NCBI GenBank assembly: GCA_964609615.1
Contig: CAZSRL010000001.1
Span: 29,875 to 93,510, forward strand
DNA from: an uncultured Muribaculaceae bacterium
Lineage (GTDB): Bacteria > Bacillota_I > Bacilli_A > RF39 > UBA660
Reading direction: 5' to 3'
Length of the DNA: 63,636 bases
A model generated the notes under the pieces. The model did not search any database. It had not been told where the DNA came from and saw nothing but the letters and a program-made list of their open reading frames with translations. A program made the translations under genes and the position numbers. Below are positions 1 through 8,025 of the stretch, in pieces (the first letter of the stretch is position 1; every line of letters starts with the position of its first letter).

Positions 1-516
1 TTTCGTTAGCAGTATTTTTATTTTTTGAATTTTTTGAATATAGGTTATCTAAAAAGTCATCAGAAAAGGCTTGTTCATCCCCTCCATGTGTTTTTGAAAT
101 TTTATCAGGTGTTTTTGTTTTAACATTCGGTTTATATGCTGTTAAATTTCCCAAAAAGTCATCAGAAAAAGTTCGTTCATTTTTCCATTTTCCAAGTCCT
201 TTGCGCTGATTTTCATAAACATTAGAATAATACTTATTTCTAACATCACTTATTTTATCGGTTATTTCATCTAACTCTTTCTTAAAAGGGCTTATTTTAA
301 TTTTTTTAGAATTACCATTGTTTTCGTTAGCAGTATTTTTATTTTTTGAATTTTTTGAATATAGGTTATCTAAAAAATCATTAGAGAAGGTTTGTTCATC
401 CCCTCCATGTGTTTTTGAAATTTTGTCAGGTGTTTTTGTTTTAACATTCGGTTTATATGGTGGTAGATTTTCCAAAAAGTCATCAGAAAAAGATCGTTCA
501 TTTCCTGCATACATTT
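1..516. repeat. 321-bp (107-codon) in-frame tandem direct repeat inside the effector ORF
   Basis: Bases 1-~195 realign with 322-~516 at an offset of exactly 321 bp with only scattered mismatches. Both begin tttcgttagcagtatttttattttttgaattttttgaatataggttatctaaaaa. The left copy is cut by the window edge, so more copies may lie beyond it. Confidence 0.85.
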
Positions 517-1498
517 TTGAATTTTTTCCAGATGATGAAGCTTTTTTTCCAGTTCTAAAAATAGCATCAAAATCTACGTATCCATTTTGTGTGCTTAAAG
601 TATGTTTTCCATGATCACGTAAATCTTTTACTCTGCTTGAAAAACCGTTAGCTATTCTTGCTCCGTTAATGTTCTCTAATTTCCCTTGAAATGCTATTAA
701 ATTATCTCCAACTTTTACAAGTTTATCAACTGCTCCATGATATTTAGAACTTACTTTTGCAGCACCTGATTTTACTTTTCCCGCTGCAGAAATTACAGGT
801 TTTGAAATTGTAGAACCTGCTTTTGATACTCCTGCACCTATTTTTTCGCCAACATTTGATGCAACTGATATTGCTGGAGCAAATTTAGAATACCAACTAG
901 CTCCTTTTGCTGCATTTCCAATTGTTTTACTTCCTGCTTTTACAACACCACTGGCAACCTTTATGCCTTTCCCTACCGTTACAACGCCTTTTACAATTCC
1001 TCCTAAAGCCATTGCGATTGGATCTATGGGCGAAGTAAAAAAAGCGGCAGTTGCATATGCTTTCCAAGAAAATCTTTTGTGAGTTTCTTCGCTTAATTGT
1101 TCTCTACTAAGTCCTCCTCTATTACCAAGTGTTTGTGCATGTGCTCCTTCTCCATAGTTTTTTTCTCCATGATGTGCGCTTCCAAAGCCAAATTGTGCGT
1201 TTATTTCTGATAAATTGTCATTCAATGCTCTTATATCTTTTTGATTTAAATCAGCTACTTCTTTTACTTTTTCTTCTATTTTACTTTCTAAGTTTTTTGT
1301 TTCAGTTAATATTGTTTTAATTTCACTTTCTAATGAAGTTAAAACATATTCTTTGTGTCTAAAAGTTTTTGGAATACTACTACTTTTTATTAATACGGCT
1401 TTATCATAAGCATTTCTTAAGCTATTAATTCCTCTTACCATTTCAGGTAAGGCAGTATTTACTATATTATTTCCATTAATATGTGTTTTTCCACTCAT
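1..1498 (-). CDS. Putative T7SS-exported effector / polymorphic-toxin-like protein, N-terminal ~499 codons only (ORF continues past the left window edge)
   Basis: Hand translation of the minus strand from ATG 1498-1496 (MSGKTHINGNNIVNTALPEMVRGINSLRNAYDK...) gives no in-frame stop down to base 1. I checked every tta/cta/tca against the frame. It is absent from the ORF track because it has no stop inside the window. It is the last gene of the essC-esaB-WXG100-WXG100-helper string. It has a helical-looking N-terminus, a Gly/Ala/Lys-rich segment (GGIVKGVVTVGKGIKVASGVVKAGSKTIGNAAKG...) and 107-aa tandem repeats with FSDDFL motifs. Function is inferred from context only. Confidence 0.6.
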   Translation of the reverse strand, partial: MSGKTHINGNNIVNTALPEMVRGINSLRNAYDKAVLIKSSSIPKTFRHKEYVLTSLESEIKTILTETKNLESKIEEKVKEVADLNQKDIRALNDNLSEINAQFGFGSAHHGEKNYGEGAHAQTLGNRGGLSREQLSEETHKRFSWKAYATAAFFTSPIDPIAMALGGIVKGVVTVGKGIKVASGVVKAGSKTIGNAAKGASWYSKFAPAISVASNVGEKIGAGVSKAGSTISKPVISAAGKVKSGAAKVSSKYHGAVDKLVKVGDNLIAFQGKLENINGARIANGFSSRVKDLRDHGKHTLSTQNGYVDFDAIFRTGKKASSSGKNSKMYAGNERSFSDDFLENLPPYKPNVKTKTPDKISKTHGGDEQTFSNDFLDNLYSKNSKNKNTANENNGNSKKIKISPFKKELDEITDKISDVRNKYYSNVYENQRKGLGKWKNERTFSDDFLGNLTAYKPNVKTKTPDKISKTHGGDEQAFSDDFLDNLYSKNSKNKNTANE

Positions 1499-1509
1499 TT
1501 TACTCACTC

Positions 1510-1929
1510 TTACCCATTATTTTCCGCAGCTAGTTTTTTTAATTGTTCCTTTTTTTTTGATATTGCGGCTCTCATTGCTCTATTTTGATTTCTTAAAGAA
1601 CTTATATGTGGTTCTATATCAGAAATAATTGTATCTATATGACTACATAATTTATTAGTTTTATCTATTTCACTTTGTATACTATTTTTCCCGATTGGAG
1701 TTCCACCTAAAATAAAGTTTTTTTCAAAACTTGATTTTGATGATTGTAAATGTTGAACAGCGCTTTTTAAATTACTTTTTATATTTGTTAATTTTGTTCT
1801 TAATGTAGGATATTTTATGTTAATAGCTTCTTTATTTTTTTCAATTTCAGAATGTAGTTTTCTAATTTGGCTTCTAAGTCTTGCTTGATCATTTGAATAA
1901 GCTATTGCATCTTTTTGTTCTTCTGTCAT
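1510..1929 (-). CDS. Small coiled-coil protein, candidate T7SS effector-targeting helper (Lap/DUF3958-like by position only)
   Basis: ORF-track 1510..1959. I start it at ATG 1929 (MTEEQKDAIAYSNDQARLRSQIRKLHSEIEKNK...), which has GGAGG 7 nt upstream. It is heptad-like and K/E/Q-rich, and sits directly upstream of the effector ORF. Confidence 0.5.
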   Translation of the reverse strand: MTEEQKDAIAYSNDQARLRSQIRKLHSEIEKNKEAINIKYPTLRTKLTNIKSNLKSAVQHLQSSKSSFEKNFILGGTPIGKNSIQSEIDKTNKLCSHIDTIISDIEPHISSLRNQNRAMRAAISKKKEQLKKLAAENNG

Positions 1930-1963
1930 AATTACCTCCACTAAAAAATTTATACACATTGTA

Positions 1964-2029
1964 TATTTATAAATGTATAAAATTTCTTTTATACATTTAT
2001 AAATATTTCATTTTAAAAATGAAATATTT
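1964..2029 (-). promoter_or_regulatory. Two overlapping perfect AT-rich palindromes between the second WXG100 gene and the helper gene (attenuator/terminator candidate)
   Basis: Arm 1964-1982 tatttataaatgtataaaa and arm 1987-2005 ttttatacatttataaata are exact reverse complements (19 bp, loop tttc). A second palindrome, aaatatttcatttt / aaaatgaaatattt (2001-2014 and 2016-2029), shares bases with the first. Confidence 0.4.
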
Positions 2030-2045
2030 GTATGTAACTTGTTAA

Positions 2046-2342
2046 TTAAAAGTTTGAAGCTGCTCTTCTGTTTGCTTCATCTAATTCTTGATGTGAAGTA
2101 ACTAATTTATTTAAAAATGTAGAGTAACTTTCTACCGCTTCAACAAATTCTGGAAATTTTGCTGATAATGTATTAAATCTTTCATATAGCGTTTCTGCAG
2201 CTCCAGATGAAAAACTTCCTTTTACACTATTCATACTTGCCTTAACTTCGCTTAATGTTTGATTCATTTTTTGAGCTGAATTTTTAATTCCGCTTGAAGT
2301 ATCTTGAATCTTCCCATAATCAACACCTATGTTTCCTGCCAT
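2046..2342 (-). CDS. WXG100-family small protein, EsxA-like paralogue lacking the canonical Trp (GSFSSG in place of WxG)
   Basis: 98 aa with a two-helix hairpin layout and an EsxA-like C-terminal tail (HQELDEANRRAASNF). GGAGG precedes the ATG. Lies in the T7SS operon. Confidence 0.65.
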   Translation of the reverse strand: MAGNIGVDYGKIQDTSSGIKNSAQKMNQTLSEVKASMNSVKGSFSSGAAETLYERFNTLSAKFPEFVEAVESYSTFLNKLVTSHQELDEANRRAASNF

Positions 2343-2388
2343 GGTGTCACCTCCTTTATTTATATTTTTTTATTTTTATTTTTTTTTA

Positions 2389-2673
2389 TTAACCAATTGA
2401 TGATTTAACGCTTGCTACATATTCGTCATAATTGTTAGCTACTTTGTTTAAATATTCAGAATATTCTTGAATAACTTGTCCTAAAGCTTCAATATCAGCT
2501 TTGCAACTTTCTACTTTTGCAATATAAGCACTAGCATCTTCACCAACCCATCCACCAGGTAATTCATTTATTTTGCTATAAACAGTTTTAACGTGATTTT
2601 GATAATCTTGAGATTCTGTACTTATTTTAGAAGCATTTTGTCTTACTGCTGAAGTATCAATATCTATATTCAT
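2389..2673 (-). CDS. esxA: WXG100 family type VII secretion substrate (EsxA-like)
   Basis: 94 aa with a central W-V-G motif (ELPGGWVGEDASAY). GGAGG SD present. A TATAAT hexamer at 2707-2712 (minus) suggests its own promoter. Confidence 0.8.
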   Translation of the reverse strand: MNIDIDTSAVRQNASKISTESQDYQNHVKTVYSKINELPGGWVGEDASAYIAKVESCKADIEALGQVIQEYSEYLNKVANNYDEYVASVKSSIG

Positions 2674-2739
2674 TATTTCACCTCCCTACCTTTACTTTAC
2701 ATTTTTATTATACCCTATATTTTTATTTAGATAAAGCAA

Positions 2740-2761
2740 AAGTGTAAAATATTTTACACTT
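2740..2761 (-). terminator. 22-bp perfect palindrome overlapping the esaB stop codon (weak terminator/attenuator candidate)
   Basis: aagtgtaaaat/attttacactt. On the minus strand it is followed by ttgctttatc. Confidence 0.3.
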
Positions 2762-3014
2762 AAACTAATACTATCTTGGAAGCGTTTCTTATATTTGTTT
2801 CTTTTATAGTTTTATTTAACTCATAAAGACTTCCGTCTTCTCTGTTATATAATCTATCATCTTCTTCTATTTGATAGTAGTCATTTGATAGTTCATTTAT
2901 TAATTTTTTTAAATAATCTGTCACCTCAGAAACAGTTTTGTTAATTGGTATAAAAAGTTCATATTTTTGATCTATCTTAGGAACAAATACTTCAATTAAT
3001 ATTTTATTATCCAT
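2760..3014 (-). CDS. esaB: EsaB/YukD ubiquitin-like T7SS component
   Basis: 84 aa, the right size and position for EsaB/YukD. Overlaps the essC stop by 8 nt. Sequence MDNKILIEVFVPKIDQKYELFIPINKTVSEV has YukD-like beta-grasp character. Confidence 0.7.
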   Translation of the reverse strand: MDNKILIEVFVPKIDQKYELFIPINKTVSEVTDYLKKLINELSNDYYQIEEDDRLYNREDGSLYELNKTIKETNIRNASKIVLV

Positions 3015-6000
3015 CTAAATCATTTCCTTTCGCCCCAATTACTTTTATAATAACTGGTTTACCTGATTTTATAACATACCCAAAATCTTCTGAGTTTTCT
3101 TCATTAAGTTTAGCAGGTCTTGTTGTTGTACTTATTGTAAATTGATCTCCAAGTCCATCTCCTAACCATATTGCGTTATTATTTGATAATGTTTTTTTCA
3201 TCCATGGTTCAAAAGCCATTGTTTTTATGTTTTCTACTCCATCTGCGATAACAAAGTTAAAGTTTTGTATATCTTTTACATTTTCAAATAATGAACTAAA
3301 TAATGTTTTGTTTTCTTCTGTTAAATTATTTATAAAATCATTTATTCCAACTATTATACATATAGTTTCTGTATTACTTTCTATTATTTGTTTTAAATTT
3401 GTTACTATTTTATCAAAGTCTATACTATAATAATTTTCATATTGTTCATCATCTAGTAAACTTGATGCATCTATTACAATTAGATTTGCTTTTAATAGTT
3501 TCATTTCTTTATATAGTATTTGTATAAATGATGAAATATTATCTACATTGCTTGTAGCAATTATATTTGCAAAGAATCTTTTAAAATTATATGTAGATAT
3601 ATCTAACGTTTGTTTTTCTATTCCTATTGGAACGTTTCTTAAATTAGTTAGTTCTTCTTTTATTTCTTCTATTCCAATACTATCTGGTAATATTTTTATT
3701 TCTGGTGCGGTTTGTGTATATTTTTGATTTAAGTAACTTTCTAATTGTTTAACAAATTCATTTGTTTGTTCAATATTACACATATAAGCTGATTGAAATT
3801 CATATATTTCTCCCTTTTTAATTAATCCTCTACCTTTAAGTTTTGAAGGGTATTTTCCTCTTACATTTCCAAGCACTGTAGAATAGTCTGATTCATCATT
3901 TAATTGAAGCATAAATGTTTGTTTAAAGTTTTGAGTTAATTTATATCTTACATTACTTACACCATTAGTTGTTAATATAAATATTATTCCATATTTAAAT
4001 CCTTCTCTAGTTAGTTTAATAATTGTATCTTCATAATCTTGATATAATTCAGAAAACACTTCATAATAGTTTATTATTATAAGTATTGTTGGTAATACTT
4101 CTCCACTATTGTTACAGTAATTTTGGAAACTTCCTCCATAGTTTGTAAATAGTTTTTTTCTTTCTTCTATTTTCTTTTGTATAAATTTTAAAAGATTTGA
4201 TATTTTTTCAACATCATTTGATAATATAACATCTCCAACATGAGGTATTTTATTAAATTGAACTAATGTTTCTGCTCCACAATCAACAATGTATATGTTT
4301 ACTTCATCAACTGTATAACACATTACACATGAATAAATAATTGTATTAAGTAGATTTTCTTTACCACTTCCAACTGAACCATATATAATTGCGTTTCCTT
4401 CTGTTGATAAAGGCATAGTTAATAAATGTTGTTGTTGATTATTTGGATCATCATATTCACCTATTATTGGGTTAATTACATGAGGCATTTGTTTATAACT
4501 GTATTTTGTAACTAAGTTATTTACATATATAGTATCAGGAATACTATCTAACCATAATTTTGGAAGATTTATATTGTTTTTTTGAGCAATATCGGATAAG
4601 TATTTTAATATATTTGTTAATTGTTCTCCATATGAAGCTATAAGTTCTTTTTTGTTTGATGTTTCTATACTTTTTGTAATAAATCCAACATTATCAATTA
4701 CATCAATATCTGTATCAATTTTTTTTCTTAATTTATCTTGTTTTATGTATGGAGCTCCACACCAAGCTGATTGTCCTAAAGCAAAAAATTCGTTATATCC
4801 TACTTGTAAATAAAATCTTCCTACTTCTTTTATAGCAGCAGCATCAGGACATTTTATCATATCTACACTATCACTTTTATCTTGTACTTTTAAACATACT
4901 CTAAATTTACTATTACTCCAAATTTGATCATCAACTACACCTGATGGTTTTTGTGTTGCTAAAATTAAATGAACTCCTAAACTACGCCCAATACGTGCAG
5001 TACTTATTAATTGATCCATAAATTCTGGTTGTTGTGTTTTTAATTCTGCAAATTCATCACTTATAATAAATAAATGTGGGACTGCTTCTTTAACTTTTCC
5101 ATCTCTAAATAGTTTTTGATATTTATAGATATCTATTGTACTTTCTCCTGATGTTTCACGAGCCTTATTAAATATTCTTTGACGTCTTTTTAATTCACTT
5201 TGAATTGAAGCTAAACTTCTATTCATTTCAACAATATCTAAGTTGGTAATAGTACCTACTAAGTGTGGTAATCTTATTTTTGTTTCTTTATTTTCAAAAG
5301 CACCAGCAAGTCCTCCACCTTTATAGTCGATTAGAGCAAACGCAACTTCATTTGGATGATAATTAACTGCCATTGAAAGTATAAATGTAATTATAAATTC
5401 ACTTTTACCACTACCAGTCATACCTGCTATTAAACCATGTGGTCCATGGAATTTTTCATGTAAGTCTAAGTTAAACAATTCTCCATTTTCATCTTTCCCA
5501 ACAGGTACCTTAAGTGAAGCAATTGGATTATTTGTTTCCCATCTTTTTTCAGCATTAAGTTGTTCAACAGAACCAGCATCATACATTTCTAGGAAACTTA
5601 ACATTTGAGGTAATTTATATTTTTCTTGTTCAAGTTCAATTGGAATATTTGCTAAAATTTCTGTTATTTTATTCATATCTAAATTTAAATCTAAATCTTG
5701 TAAAAAAGCTTTTTGTTTATTAAGTATTAAATCATTTTCAAACATACCAGATGATTTTTGACCAATGTTTATAAATGCACTACATTCATTTGGTAAACCT
5801 ATTATTCTTTCGGCATTTATTATTAAACTAAAACCATAATTTATTTTTTGTTTTAATATTTCTTTTATAATATCTGTATTTCTAATTGAATTAAAATCAT
5901 CTGTTATAACAACATAATATGGTTTTGAATAATGATAATCAGCTTCACTTTCATCCATATTTTCTGCATCTGGATACTTTCTTTCCATTAATACACTTTT

Positions 6001-7572
6001 TAAATAATTTGATATTTGATTCAAATCATCTGAATTTGAACAAAAGAATCTTATTTTTTTCTCATCATCCCAACAATAAGGACTCATTTTTAAATAATCC
6101 CATTTGTTTTTGTTTTTTTCATTTGTTAAAACAACTATTTTTACATCTTCATAACTTTGAAAAGTCATTAATTTTAGTAAAAAACCTTTTATAAATTCAT
6201 TTGTAATATTTGGTTCTCCAAATATAGCACTTATATATTTGTCAGTAAGTTTTACAGTCACAGGAACATCATGAATTAATTTAACCTCATCTCCAAGATG
6301 TTGTACCATTTGTTTAAGATTATCCTCTTCTAACTCGAAATGCTTATCAGGATACTTTAAATCTATTTCTGGTTCTCTATTACCAATACCTATTCTAATT
6401 TCAAGAAAGTCATCATGTTCAACTTTTCTTTCCCATAAATTTCTTCCTTTTAATTCTATTATTTCTTTACATTTACCAATAGGTAAATTATTTTCAATAA
6501 TGATTTGTTTTTGTTTTGCTATTATACTTGTAATTTCTATTTTTTTAGAATCTATATATTTTGAATATCTTTCTTGCCTTAATTTTTCTTTTTTCTTTTC
6601 TTGTTTCTTTTGCCATTGTTTAGAAAGTACAGGCCAAAGAATCATAGTTAAAAGCATAGCAAAAGCAATAACTAAAGATGGCATAGCACTACTAAGTGTT
6701 TGTGTTCCATTTAGCACTCCATTAAGTGCTACTATACCCATAACCATAGAGGTCATTCCCATTGTTACCATAGGTCCTACTGTATATATAAATGGCATTT
6801 CATCTGGCTTACCTTTTTCAGGTGGAGCATCTATAACTACTTCTTCTTTTTCTAAAACCGTTCTAAATCTAGGTGCTCTAAAAAAATAGTCTTTTTTATC
6901 AAACACTTTAACTTCTTTATCATCATCACTTTTAACAATAGCTGTTGGATAGTTTAATTTTTCATTTAATACTAATGATAATGTTTTATCAACAACTACT
7001 TTATTTGATGGATTATTTACCATTATATAAGGCCCATTAACAATAATTCTAAGACCCATAATAAATATAACGTCTCCATGATTTATATCTTCATTTTCAA
7101 CTTTTTGATTATTTACATAAACTAAATTACTAGTTACAATACTCCATTTTTTTTCTTTATATTTATATATTAATTTAGCATGTTGAGGTTTAACATACTT
7201 ACATGTATAATTAATTAAATTAGAAGGACTATTACCTATAGTTATTTCTATGTCAGAATTAATCATATATTTTTTTATATTACTATTATATACTTCATCA
7301 CAATATAATAATTGATAATTTTCTGCATAGTTTTCTTTAATTGAATAAAATGTATTTTCACTTAAAATACATTCAGTTTTTTCAACTCCGTCTACAAATA
7401 ATTTGGTATCTAAATTACTAGATATTTCCCATTTTCCATTTGCTTCGTGAATGTTAACTAAATTAATTTTTTTATTAAGACTATTGCTATCCTCAACCCA
7501 ATAACTACCAATTGGATTTATAGGTAATGTTAATACTTTTAATTCATTTTGTTTTATTAATAATATCCTCAT
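3007..7572 (-). CDS. essC: T7SSb FtsK/SpoIIIE-family ATPase EssC/YukB
   Basis: About 1520 aa with N-terminal FHA-like repeats and two TM helices (TVGPMVTMGMTSMVMGIVAL..., PSLVIAFAMLLTMILWPVL). Walker A motifs are GMTGSGKSEF and GSVGSGKENL. The third P-loop domain is degenerate. The track start at 7581 is a GTG inside the SD GGGTGA, so I use ATG 7572 (MRILLIKQNE). Confidence 0.93.
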   Translation of the reverse strand: MRILLIKQNELKVLTLPINPIGSYWVEDSNSLNKKINLVNIHEANGKWEISSNLDTKLFVDGVEKTECILSENTFYSIKENYAENYQLLYCDEVYNSNIKKYMINSDIEITIGNSPSNLINYTCKYVKPQHAKLIYKYKEKKWSIVTSNLVYVNNQKVENEDINHGDVIFIMGLRIIVNGPYIMVNNPSNKVVVDKTLSLVLNEKLNYPTAIVKSDDDKEVKVFDKKDYFFRAPRFRTVLEKEEVVIDAPPEKGKPDEMPFIYTVGPMVTMGMTSMVMGIVALNGVLNGTQTLSSAMPSLVIAFAMLLTMILWPVLSKQWQKKQEKKKEKLRQERYSKYIDSKKIEITSIIAKQKQIIIENNLPIGKCKEIIELKGRNLWERKVEHDDFLEIRIGIGNREPEIDLKYPDKHFELEEDNLKQMVQHLGDEVKLIHDVPVTVKLTDKYISAIFGEPNITNEFIKGFLLKLMTFQSYEDVKIVVLTNEKNKNKWDYLKMSPYCWDDEKKIRFFCSNSDDLNQISNYLKSVLMERKYPDAENMDESEADYHYSKPYYVVITDDFNSIRNTDIIKEILKQKINYGFSLIINAERIIGLPNECSAFINIGQKSSGMFENDLILNKQKAFLQDLDLNLDMNKITEILANIPIELEQEKYKLPQMLSFLEMYDAGSVEQLNAEKRWETNNPIASLKVPVGKDENGELFNLDLHEKFHGPHGLIAGMTGSGKSEFIITFILSMAVNYHPNEVAFALIDYKGGGLAGAFENKETKIRLPHLVGTITNLDIVEMNRSLASIQSELKRRQRIFNKARETSGESTIDIYKYQKLFRDGKVKEAVPHLFIISDEFAELKTQQPEFMDQLISTARIGRSLGVHLILATQKPSGVVDDQIWSNSKFRVCLKVQDKSDSVDMIKCPDAAAIKEVGRFYLQVGYNEFFALGQSAWCGAPYIKQDKLRKKIDTDIDVIDNVGFITKSIETSNKKELIASYGEQLTNILKYLSDIAQKNNINLPKLWLDSIPDTIYVNNLVTKYSYKQMPHVINPIIGEYDDPNNQQQHLLTMPLSTEGNAIIYGSVGSGKENLLNTIIYSCVMCYTVDEVNIYIVDCGAETLVQFNKIPHVGDVILSNDVEKISNLLKFIQKKIEERKKLFTNYGGSFQNYCNNSGEVLPTILIIINYYEVFSELYQDYEDTIIKLTREGFKYGIIFILTTNGVSNVRYKLTQNFKQTFMLQLNDESDYSTVLGNVRGKYPSKLKGRGLIKKGEIYEFQSAYMCNIEQTNEFVKQLESYLNQKYTQTAPEIKILPDSIGIEEIKEELTNLRNVPIGIEKQTLDISTYNFKRFFANIIATSNVDNISSFIQILYKEMKLLKANLIVIDASSLLDDEQYENYYSIDFDKIVTNLKQIIESNTETICIIVGINDFINNLTEENKTLFSSLFENVKDIQNFNFVIADGVENIKTMAFEPWMKKTLSNNNAIWLGDGLGDQFTISTTTRPAKLNEENSEDFGYVIKSGKPVIIKVIGAKGNDLDG

Positions 7573-7616
7573 TTGCTTCACCCAAATTATTCTCTATTCT
7601 AAAAATAATTATACAT

Positions 7617-7657
7617 TAATATATTGTTTTTATCAAGAAAAAAACAATATATTGTTT
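7617..7657 (-). terminator. rbfA terminator hairpin built from two inverted copies of AATATATTGTTTTT
   Basis: taatatattgttttt (7617-7631) and aaaaacaatatatt (7641-7654) form a 14-bp stem. On the minus strand TGTATAAT (7608-7615) follows, then the essC SD. Confidence 0.4.
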
Positions 7658-7686
7658 AGTTAGTTTCTTAACATAATATATTGTTT

Positions 7687-8025
7687 TTACTTATTATTTA
7701 TTTGTTCAATAATTTTTTCTATATTTTGTGCATATTGAAGCGTATCATCATATATAAACTTTAAATCTGGTATTTGTCTAACATCTAATTTTTGAGATAA
7801 AAACTTTTTAAAAAAAGCTTGTGCTTCATTTAAATCTTTTTCTATAGCCTCTTTTTCTTCTTCATTTAAACATACAAAATATATTTTAGCATTGCTTAAA
7901 TCATTTGTTACTTCTGCTTCTGTAAATGAAACGTTTTTAAAACTTTTATCTGTACTCTCAGTTAAAATAATATTACCAAGTTCTTTTAATATTTCAGAAG
8001 ATACTCTTTCTGATTTTATACTCAT
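7687..8025 (-). CDS. rbfA: Ribosome-binding factor A
   Basis: MSIKSERVSSEILKELGNIILTE... is typical RbfA. ATG 8025-8023 overlaps the infB TGA (ATGA). The track's upstream extension to 8109 lies inside infB. Confidence 0.85.
   Translation of the reverse strand: MSIKSERVSSEILKELGNIILTESTDKSFKNVSFTEAEVTNDLSNAKIYFVCLNEEEKEAIEKDLNEAQAFFKKFLSQKLDVRQIPDLKFIYDDTLQYAQNIEKIIEQINNK

Noticed and set aside
1-516. Possible CRISPR array or mobile-element terminal repeat, suggested by the repeated sequence at the window start
   Set aside because: The period is 321 bp, a multiple of 3. The copies are contiguous, with no spacer structure. The repeat lies in frame within a long ORF. It is a coding tandem repeat.
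318-614. ORF-track entries 318..614 (+) and 370..570 (-) at the left end
   Set aside because: Both lie inside, and out of frame with, the much longer uninterrupted minus-strand frame 1..1498. They have Phe/Leu-rich, low-complexity translations typical of off-frame reading of AT-rich coding DNA.
6500-6889. Plus-strand ORFs antisense to long minus-strand genes (for example 5919..6194, 6500..6889, 8395..8925, 11097..11513, 13215..13595, 16562..17050, 23358..23744, 27272..27655, 43192..43446)
   Set aside because: Each is fully contained in a well-supported minus-strand gene with recognisable motifs. They have no SD and give Ser/Phe/Leu/Ile-rich translations, as expected from the complement of AT-rich codons.
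7573-7581. ORF-track N-terminal extensions that begin with GTG/TTG (essC 7581, engB 22137, PFOR 28557, 33495, 35071, 42304, nusA 11500, SpoVIF-like 19758 and others)
   Set aside because: On reading the DNA, these 'M' codons are GTG/TTG triplets that form part of, or abut, the Shine-Dalgarno sequence (for example GGGTGA, AGGTGA, AAGGTGA). A downstream ATG/GTG/TTG with 5-9-nt spacing is the more plausible start.
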